Origin: an uncultured Spirochaetota bacterium
GTDB lineage: Bacteria > Spirochaetota > Spirochaetia > SZUA-6 > Fen-1364
Assembly: GCA_963820525.1 (NCBI GenBank)
Contig: CAWGAA010000002.1
Span: forward strand, 608,001-672,000
Reading direction: 5' to 3'
DNA: 64,000 nt
The position numbers were made by a program, and so were the translations under genes. Below the pieces are notes generated by a model that saw only the letters and a program-made list of their open reading frames with translations, did not search any database and was not told the DNA's origin. The stretch's first letter is position 1, and each line of letters starts with the position of its first letter. This document shows, piece by piece, positions 57,102-64,000 of the stretch.

Positions 57102-58686
57102 TACCGCTTCCTCCCTTTCGTGCCGACTGGTATGCCTTCCAGCGGTTGATTGCGTTTACGTATGCCTGCGCGCTCGCCTCCAGGATGTCGGTCGAGGCGC
57201 CGCGGCCGACGAACTTTCTGCCCTCGATTTCCACTGATATGCTGACCTCGCCCAGGGCCTGCTTGCCCGGGGTGACGGCCTGCACCACGTATTCCAGGAG
57301 ATTCGTCGACAGGCCGATGGCGCGGTCGATGGCGTTGAAGATCGCGTCCACCGGACCGTCTCCCGTGGCGGCCTCTTCGAAAGTCTGCGCCTCCTCGCCG
57401 CCGGCGCCTGAGCCGGCAGCAGCCTTGCCGCTCTTTGTCGATGCCTCTCCGCTTCGAATCCTTACCGTGGCGGTCGGGACCGCCATATTGCCGGACTGGA
57501 TGTTGAAGTAGTCCAGCGTGTACGTTTCCGTGTCGTGGCCGAGCTGGTCCGAGATTATGACGTACAGATCGTCGTCGAACACCTCCTTTTTCCTGTCCGC
57601 GATCTCCAGGAAACGATCGTATGCCTTCTTGAGGTCGGCATCGGACAGCGAGAACCCCAGCTCCCCCAGCCGGGTCTTGAAGCCGTGCAGCCCCGAGTGG
57701 CGGCCGAGGACGAGCTTGCTGGAATCCCGTCCCACGGACTCGGGGGTCATGATCTCGTAGGTCTCTCTCTTCTTGATCATGCCGTCCTGGTGGATGCCCG
57801 ATTCGTGGGCAAAGGCGTTCTCTCCAACGACAGGCTTGTTGCGCGGTAGGGCGAACCCGATGGTGTTGGAGAGCAGGCGGGAGGTGCGGTAGATCTGGCG
57901 GGTCTGGATTCCCGTGGTGAAAGGCAGGAAGTCGCGGCGAACCGAGAGGGCCATGACGAACTCCTCGAGGGAGGCGTTGCCCGCCCGCTCGCCGATGCCG
58001 TTCACGGTGACCTCCACCTGCCGGGCGCCCGCCTGGAGCGCAGCGATCGAGTTGGCCACGGCCATTCCCAGGTCGTTGTGGCAGTGAACCGAGAGCACCG
58101 CCTTGTCCATGTTGGGCGTTCCCTCGCGGATGGCCTTGAGGAACTCCGTGAACTCCGCGGGAACGGCGTAGCCCACCGTGTCGGGGATGTTGATGACGCT
58201 GGCACCCGCGTCGATCACCCGCTCGATGATCCGGCAGAGGAAAGGGATCTCGCTTCGCGTGCCGTCCTCAGGGGAGAACTCCACCTCCGCCACTTTGCCT
58301 CGCGCGTACTTCACGGCGTGAACGGCCATTTCCACAACCTCGTCGGGTGTTTTCTTCAGCTTGTGCTCCATGTGAATTGGGGAGGTGGCGAGGAAAGTAT
58401 GGATGCGGGGCCGCTCGGAGCCTTTGAGCGACTCAGCGGCGCTGTCGATGTCCTTTTCAACCGCCCTCGCCAGGGCCGCGATCGTGGGGCCTTTCACCTC
58501 CTTGGCGATGAGCTTGCACCCCTCGAACTGCTGGGGCGATGAAATGGGAAAGCCCGCCTCGATCACGTCGACCCCGAGCCGGGCGAGCTGAACGGCGATC
58601 TCGTATTTCTGCTCCACGCTCATTGAGGCGCCGGGAGACTGCTCGCCATCCCTCAGTGTCGTATCGAAGATCCATACCCGCTGCAT
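57082..58686 (-). CDS. leuA: 2-isopropylmalate synthase
   Basis: [40 protein letters not shown]. Confidence 0.95.
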   Translation of the reverse strand: MQRVWIFDTTLRDGEQSPGASMSVEQKYEIAVQLARLGVDVIEAGFPISSPQQFEGCKLIAKEVKGPTIAALARAVEKDIDSAAESLKGSERPRIHTFLATSPIHMEHKLKKTPDEVVEMAVHAVKYARGKVAEVEFSPEDGTRSEIPFLCRIIERVIDAGASVINIPDTVGYAVPAEFTEFLKAIREGTPNMDKAVLSVHCHNDLGMAVANSIAALQAGARQVEVTVNGIGERAGNASLEEFVMALSVRRDFLPFTTGIQTRQIYRTSRLLSNTIGFALPRNKPVVGENAFAHESGIHQDGMIKKRETYEIMTPESVGRDSSKLVLGRHSGLHGFKTRLGELGFSLSDADLKKAYDRFLEIADRKKEVFDDDLYVIISDQLGHDTETYTLDYFNIQSGNMAVPTATVRIRSGEASTKSGKAAAGSGAGGEEAQTFEEAATGDGPVDAIFNAIDRAIGLSTNLLEYVVQAVTPGKQALGEVSISVEIEGRKFVGRGASTDILEASAQAYVNAINRWKAYQSARKGGSGNGDDAH

Positions 58687-58715
58687 GTCGTTCTCCTTTC
58701 TCCTGTCCATTTTTC

Positions 58716-59264
58716 TCATTTTCCGCCCGCTGAGTTGCCGTTCGAGCGGGCCGGCTGCGCGCCCTGCCCGCCGGAGGCCTTGGGGCTCTTTTTCCCCCGC
58801 TCGACGCAGACCAGGCCGCTCCTGGCCGTCTCCACCACGCCGTAGGGTGAAACCAGGTCGATGAAGTCGTCGATCTTTTCGGGAGACCCGGTGATCTCCA
58901 GCGTCATCGTGTCGTGGCCCACGTCCATCACCTCGGCTTTGAAGACCTCGGCCACCTCGAAGATCTCGCCCCTGCTTCGCGTCTTGGTGCTCACCTTCAC
59001 GAGGGCAAGCTCCCGATTGAGGGCGGGAACCCCGGTGAGGTCGTAGACCTTGATGACGTCGATGAGGCGGTTGAGCTGCTTCTTGATCTGCTCCACCACC
59101 GAATCGTCCCCTCCGCACACCAGGGTGAGGCGCGACACGCCGGGGTCCGGCGTCACGCCGACCGTGATGCTCTCGAGGTTGTACCCCCTCCCCGAGAAAA
59201 GGCCTGCGATCCGCGCGAGCACCCCCTGATGATTTTCAACAAGCATCGAAAGTATATGCTTCAT
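58716..59264 (-). CDS. ilvN: Acetolactate synthase small subunit
   Basis: VENHQGVLARIAGLFSGRGYNLESI, EQIKKQLNRLIDV. Confidence 0.95.
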   Translation of the reverse strand: MKHILSMLVENHQGVLARIAGLFSGRGYNLESITVGVTPDPGVSRLTLVCGGDDSVVEQIKKQLNRLIDVIKVYDLTGVPALNRELALVKVSTKTRSRGEIFEVAEVFKAEVMDVGHDTMTLEITGSPEKIDDFIDLVSPYGVVETARSGLVCVERGKKSPKASGGQGAQPARSNGNSAGGK

Positions 59265-59285
59265 GCCGCTTGCCTCCTTCCCGTT

Positions 59286-61010
59286 TCAGGCGTTCATCAT
59301 CTCGTCGTTTCCGGCGCCGGCCGGAACCATGGGCCACACGTTGGCCTCCCGCTCCACGATGAAGTCGATGAAGATGGGCCGATCCGTGACGCGCTTCGCC
59401 TCCGCGAGGGCCGCGTCGATTTCAGACTCTTTGCGAACCCGGATGCCCACGGCGTCGTAGGCCTGGGCCAGCTTGACGAAGTCCGGCACGTAGGGCGGGC
59501 ACTTCTCTCCCGGCCTCGAGCACAGGCGCGGGCAGCTGCCGTTCCGCATGAGGCAGGTGGAGGAATAATGGCGGTCGTAGAAGACCTCCTGCCACTGGCG
59601 GACCATGCCGAGGAAGCCGTTGTTGAGGATGGCGACGATCACGGGAAGTCCTTCCGAGACCGCCGTGGCCAGCTCCTGGATGTTCATCTGGATTGAGCCG
59701 TCGCCGGCGATGTCGATCACGCGCCTGCCTGGGTTTCCTATCTGAGCGCCGATGGCGGCGGGAAACCCGTAGCCCATGGTGCCCAGGCCGCCCGAGGTGA
59801 GGAAGGTGCGCGGCTCGCGGAACTGGTAGTAGAGGGCCGTCCACATCTGATTCTGGCCCACCTCTGTCGTGATGATGGCATCGGGGAACGCCTGGTTGAG
59901 CTTTTTGATCACGACCGAGGGGGAGAGACAGCTGTTGGCGGCGATCTCGGTCAGGGGCCGCGACTTTTTCCACTCCTCGGTCTGACGGATCCACTCGTCG
60001 ATGGGGGAGCGCTGGAGGTGAGGGTAGAGCTCTTCCAGGATGAGCCGCGCGTCCCCGACGATCGGCACCTCGACGGCGACGTTTCGGGAGATGGAGGCGG
60101 GATCGATGTCGATGTGCACGACCGTAGCGTTGGGGGCGAACTTCTGGAGGTTCCCCGTGGCGCGGTCGTCGAATCGCGTTCCGATCGCGAACAGCAGGTC
60201 TGAGTTCTGCACGGCCGTGTTCGCCGCGAATGTGCCGTGCATCCCCAGCATTCCCAGGTTTCGGGGATGGTCGCTGGGGATGACGCTGATGCCCAGGAGG
60301 GAGGAGATGACGGGCACGTCCACCTTGTCTACGATCTTTCTGAAGATCTCCGCTCCGTTGGAGATGACCAGGCCGCCTCCGATGTAGAACAGGGGCTTCT
60401 TGGCCTTGGCCAGCACGTGGGCCGCTTTCTTGATCTGCATGGGATGGCCCTTGGTGACGGGGTTGTAGCCACGGATCGAGACGCTCTCGGGCAGGGGCTC
60501 GGAGGATTGCTCCTGGAGGATGTCCTTGGGAAGGTCCACCAGCACGGGACCGGGCCGGCCGCTTCCGGCGATGTAGAACGCCTCGCGGAGTATCCTGCCG
60601 AGATCCTTCCTGTCCGTGACGAGGTAGTTGTGCTTCGTCACCGAGCGGGAAATGCCCACGATATCGGCTTCCTGGAAGGCGTCGTTTCCGATCATATTTC
60701 TGGTGACCTGGCCGGTGAGCACCACGAGGGGTACGGAGTCGAAGTTCGCCGTGGCGAGGCCTGTCACGGTGTTCGTCGCTCCCGGGCCGCTCGTCACGAG
60801 GCACACCCCCGTCCTGCCCGTCGAACGGGCAAACCCGTCGGCGGCGTGTACGGCGCCCTGCTCGTGGCGGGTGAGCACCACGCGGATCGATTTCTCCGCG
60901 TACAGGGCGTCGAACAGGGGAAGGACGACCCCGCCGGGAAAGCCGAAGAGTATGTCCACTTTTTCGGCCTTCAAAGCTTCAACCACCATCTCGGCTCCGG
61001 TGCACTTCAT
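59286..61010 (-). CDS. ilvB: Acetolactate synthase large subunit
   Basis: RHEQGA, TSGPGATN, DAFQE, GDGSIQMN TPP motif, GMVRQWQ. Confidence 0.96.
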   Translation of the reverse strand: MKCTGAEMVVEALKAEKVDILFGFPGGVVLPLFDALYAEKSIRVVLTRHEQGAVHAADGFARSTGRTGVCLVTSGPGATNTVTGLATANFDSVPLVVLTGQVTRNMIGNDAFQEADIVGISRSVTKHNYLVTDRKDLGRILREAFYIAGSGRPGPVLVDLPKDILQEQSSEPLPESVSIRGYNPVTKGHPMQIKKAAHVLAKAKKPLFYIGGGLVISNGAEIFRKIVDKVDVPVISSLLGISVIPSDHPRNLGMLGMHGTFAANTAVQNSDLLFAIGTRFDDRATGNLQKFAPNATVVHIDIDPASISRNVAVEVPIVGDARLILEELYPHLQRSPIDEWIRQTEEWKKSRPLTEIAANSCLSPSVVIKKLNQAFPDAIITTEVGQNQMWTALYYQFREPRTFLTSGGLGTMGYGFPAAIGAQIGNPGRRVIDIAGDGSIQMNIQELATAVSEGLPVIVAILNNGFLGMVRQWQEVFYDRHYSSTCLMRNGSCPRLCSRPGEKCPPYVPDFVKLAQAYDAVGIRVRKESEIDAALAEAKRVTDRPIFIDFIVEREANVWPMVPAGAGNDEMMNA

Positions 61011-61034
61011 GTAGCCTCCTCTCGATCGAAGCGG

Positions 61035-61071
61035 AAAATAAAAAGGCCGTTCCCCGGAAGGAGAACGGCCT
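61035..61071 (-). terminator. Attenuator terminator in the ilvB leader
   Basis: AGGCCGTTCTCC-TTCC-GGGGAACGGCCT followed by TTTTATTTT. Confidence 0.88.
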
Positions 61072-61098
61072 GCTCAACCACCTTGTGGTTACAGCCCT

Positions 61099-61185
61099 CT
61101 ACCCCTCCGGGTGCCCGGGACGCTTGGTAAGGAGTACAATAATAAGGAGGCCAAGGACAGGAAGACGGCTGCTTGCGAATTCCAT
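61099..61185 (-). CDS. ilv-leu operon leader peptide MEFASSRLPVLGLLIIVLLTKRPGHPEG
   Basis: 28 codons with 10 Leu/Ile/Val in a 12-codon stretch, ending just before antiterminator/terminator; alternative in-frame ATG at 61200. Confidence 0.8.
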   Translation of the reverse strand: MEFASSRLPVLGLLIIVLLTKRPGHPEG

Positions 61186-61195
61186 GGTGTGCGAA

Positions 61196-61224
61196 TACAT
61201 ACGCTATCCGAGCGTTTTTGTCAA
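61196..61224 (-). promoter_or_regulatory. Probable ilv-leu operon promoter
   Basis: TTGACA (61224-61219), 17 nt, TATGTA; A-rich upstream tract. Confidence 0.6.
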
Positions 61225-61314
61225 GTATGTTTTTATTTTTTTCTTGGGATGGCGCAGGGCGGCGGGGCGAGCCGCGGCTCGCGAGAGGCGGGCTCGGCCC
61301 AACGGGCGCCGGCT

Positions 61315-62811
61315 TCAGTCCCCCCTGAGCTTCGCCTGCCGCGCCTCGAATGACGCCTTGACGCTCTTGGCCACCTTCATCAGCTGATCCTCGCTCTTGA
61401 TGCCGAAATCGCTCAAGACGGGCTTCTCGATCTGGACATAGGAGATGAGTCCCCGCTCCAAGTCGCAGATCACGTTGGCGAGGTAGACGCAGTAGACGAT
61501 GTCCTTGGAGGCAAGGCTCGCGAACAGCGGCTCGTGGTGGTACTGGATTCCCTCCACCAGCACGTCGGGGAAGTTCCATTTCCTGGCCATCATCGCGCCG
61601 ATGTCCGCGTGGTTCATGCCGAAGGAGAAGCGCTCGAGGATCCTCGGGGGGATGTTCTTCTCCCTGCAGAACTTGCGCATCTTCTCGTGCAGCTCGGGAT
61701 GGAGGGAGATGGTGATGATGAGCCCCAGGTCGTGCAGGATTCCCGCCACGTACACGTCGTCCAGGATGTCGCGCTGGCGCTTCAGGCGCCTGGCGATGTG
61801 AAAGGCATAGAAGGCGGTGCGGTACGAGTGATCCCAGAGGGACCTCATCTCTGCGTACCGGTCTCCCAGGATTTTTTGGGAGCCGTAGGAATAGAGAATG
61901 GAGCGCAGTCCCTTCAATCCCACCAGCTTCACGGCCTGGGGGATGCTGTTCACGCGGGTGGGAAGCATGTAGTAGGCGGAGTTGACGTGCTTGATGAGGT
62001 CCGCCGTCAGTGTGGGGTCCGTGGAGATTCTCGCCGCGATGTCGGAGATCGTCGAATCCGGGTCGGAACAGAGCGTTATCAGCTCCATGACGTTCTCCGG
62101 GAAGTGGGGAAGGGAATCGATGTCGCGCACCAGGGCGTCCATGAGGATCTTCACCTTTTCCAGGTGCACTTCCGAGGTGGGGATCTTGATGGATGCAACG
62201 GTCTGGCGGTCCTGCACCTCGATGGAGAACGACTCCTCACCGAGGCCGATGCGCTTGAGAAACTGCAGCAGGATCATGAGGCCGAGCCCGGCGCCTTCGG
62301 TGTCATCGAGGGGCGCGGTGAGGGCCTCGAAGAACGAGTTGAAGGCGCGCGCCCTGGCAACCCTGTCGTAGATGCGGGCCTGCTCCTTCACCGTGAGCTC
62401 CGCCGTGTTCTTTACGGCTACCGTGAGGGCTCCGCCCGAGGTATGGAAGGCCACTTCTATGGAGAGGTTCTTCTCCCGCAGCTTGGTCAGGAAATGGCTG
62501 ATGTTCTCCACATACTCCCTCAGGAAGCTCTTCATCCCCTTGTCGTAATCCTCTTCGCGGGAGATATCCAGCTCATGCTCCTCGAAATACACCCGCTTGC
62601 CGTTCGCCTTCTGGGCGTTGACGATGAGCTCCTTCAGGCAATAGGAGAGGGGCTCCAGGATCTTCTCCTGGCCGAGCTCGGTGAGGTAGATCTCCAGAAT
62701 CCTGTCCAGCAGGGCGTGAGACTCGAAGGGGAGGCTCGTGAGCTTGAAGGTGAGGGGAATGGAATCCTGGGCAGCCCTCTGAATCTCTGAGATATCTATC
62801 TTCGTTGACAT
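61315..62811 (-). CDS. HDOD-domain protein with N-terminal HATPase-like domain
   Basis: ELIVNA and GAGLGL (GHKL-like), LPHFP, DPTLTADLIKHVNSA, AGILHDLG, WNFP, YHH. Confidence 0.88.
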   Translation of the reverse strand: MSTKIDISEIQRAAQDSIPLTFKLTSLPFESHALLDRILEIYLTELGQEKILEPLSYCLKELIVNAQKANGKRVYFEEHELDISREEDYDKGMKSFLREYVENISHFLTKLREKNLSIEVAFHTSGGALTVAVKNTAELTVKEQARIYDRVARARAFNSFFEALTAPLDDTEGAGLGLMILLQFLKRIGLGEESFSIEVQDRQTVASIKIPTSEVHLEKVKILMDALVRDIDSLPHFPENVMELITLCSDPDSTISDIAARISTDPTLTADLIKHVNSAYYMLPTRVNSIPQAVKLVGLKGLRSILYSYGSQKILGDRYAEMRSLWDHSYRTAFYAFHIARRLKRQRDILDDVYVAGILHDLGLIITISLHPELHEKMRKFCREKNIPPRILERFSFGMNHADIGAMMARKWNFPDVLVEGIQYHHEPLFASLASKDIVYCVYLANVICDLERGLISYVQIEKPVLSDFGIKSEDQLMKVAKSVKASFEARQAKLRGD

Positions 62812-62892
62812 CCCGGCTCCGAGTATAGCAGGAAAAGGGGTGAAACCCAATAGGGAAAAAAGAAGAAAGCCGCCTCCATGGTTCGGCGGCGC

Positions 62893-63999
62893 TCAGGAGC
62901 GTTTCGCAGGCTCGCCGGCCTCCGCCGCCCTGTGCGGAGCCTGCCCCGCTTCGCGCGTCATGCCGCCGGGCTTTGGCCTGAGCAGATCGTCGATGCTCAA
63001 AGGGTGCTCCCGGAAGCTTTCAAGCATTCTGATGCGATTGAAGACTTCATGGTTCTCCACAAAGACGTCCACGATATCGGGGTCGAAGTGGGAGGCACGC
63101 TCGGAGCAGATGATCTTCATCGCCTCCTCATGGGTGAGGGAATCCTTGTACGACCTCTTGCTCGTCAGGGCATCGTAGACGTCCGCGAGGGCCACGATCC
63201 TGGCCGAGAGGGGGATCGCCTCGCCCCTTTTTCCCGCCGGATATCCGGTTCCGTCCCAACGCTCGTGATGGGAGAAGGCGATCTCCTTGCCGATCGTGAG
63301 GAAGGACTGGTCATTGATCTCCCTGTCCACGGACCTGAGGGCTTCGCCGCCCAGCTCGGCGTGCTGTTTTATCCTCTCGAACTCCTGCAGGCTGAGCTTG
63401 CCTGGCTTCAGCAGTATGGCGTCCTCGATCCCGACCTTTCCCACGTCGTGAAGCACCGAGGAGAGGCAGAGGTCATCGATGTATCCCGTGGTGATGTACT
63501 GGGAATATTTCGGCATCCGGGAAAGCCCCAGGGCGAGCACCCGCGTATATTCGCGGATTCTCTCCAGGTGCTTGCCCGTGTCCTTGTCCCTGTATTCGGT
63601 GAGCCGGGCGAATCCAAGGATCGCCGCCGATTGCGTGCTCTTGATCTTCTGGAAGGATTCCTGGAGCTTCTTCTCCAGCCTGACCCTTTCGGTCAGGTCC
63701 TTTTCCATTATGGAGTAGGCGAGGGTCTCTCCGAGGGTGCTGGTAAGCGCCGCGTAGGAGGCATGGGTGAACTTGATTGTGCCGTCCTTGCACCGGCGGG
63801 GGATATCGGTCTGAACGAACCCGCCCTTGCTCTTTTTCACCCGCGCGATGATCTCAGAGATCGAGGGAACCCCGCCCTGGACCTGGAAGACCTCGCTGAA
63901 GTTTTTCCCGACAATCTCGGCCCACGTGTAGCCGTAGAGCTGCTCCGCGTAGTAGTTGCAGTTGAGGATGGCTCCGGCAGGGTCCACGATGATGATCGA
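62893..63999 (-). CDS. PAS + HD-GYP phosphodiesterase (5' end outside the window)
   Basis: PAS motif, LHDVGKVG, HHERWDGTGYP, ADVYDAL; frame open to the window edge. Confidence 0.92.
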   Translation of the reverse strand, partial: SIIIVDPAGAILNCNYYAEQLYGYTWAEIVGKNFSEVFQVQGGVPSISEIIARVKKSKGGFVQTDIPRRCKDGTIKFTHASYAALTSTLGETLAYSIMEKDLTERVRLEKKLQESFQKIKSTQSAAILGFARLTEYRDKDTGKHLERIREYTRVLALGLSRMPKYSQYITTGYIDDLCLSSVLHDVGKVGIEDAILLKPGKLSLQEFERIKQHAELGGEALRSVDREINDQSFLTIGKEIAFSHHERWDGTGYPAGKRGEAIPLSARIVALADVYDALTSKRSYKDSLTHEEAMKIICSERASHFDPDIVDVFVENHEVFNRIRMLESFREHPLSIDDLLRPKPGGMTREAGQAPHRAAEAGEPAKRS

Positions 64000-64000
64000 T

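Noticed and set aside
61071..61092. AAGGTGGT resembling a T-box in the ilvB leader
   Set aside because: Lacks the ACC of UGGNACC, no room for Stem I, and a leader peptide explains the structure

Overview
GC-rich bacterial chromosomal segment, most likely a free-living spirochaete (tandem flaA sheath-protein genes, spirochaete-type class II aldolase and signal peptides). In order: SPFH + LolD/FtsX-type ABC + LolA-like + outer-membrane protein operon; GH31 + MFS; nitroreductase; lipoprotein aminopeptidase; group 3b [NiFe]-hydrogenase operon with maturation protease and a response regulator; TetR, fba; flaA-flaA (the first carries a 1-nt frameshift), bactofilin and a cNMP-domain histidine kinase; tRNA-Gln(CTG) and tRNA-Glu(CTC) followed by a lower-GC islet of two orphan lipoproteins; SDR, a degenerate HtrA-like protein, and a TetR/flavoprotein pair with visible operators; a 13-kb IclR-associated sugar/polyol uptake and catabolism locus; an ArsB/NhaD/SLC13 permease behind a yybP-ykoY (Mn2+) riboswitch; a two-gene cytoplasmic thermolysin-like protease + MBL-fold nuclease-like module (best candidate for an undescribed protease-activated defence/conflict system); PAP2, GPx, MDR; an ilvBN-leuACD-cimA operon with a Leu/Ile/Val leader-peptide attenuator; and HDOD and PAS-HD-GYP signalling genes. 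No CRISPR array, integrase or transposase was seen. All calls are by-eye motif recognition; no database searches were run.
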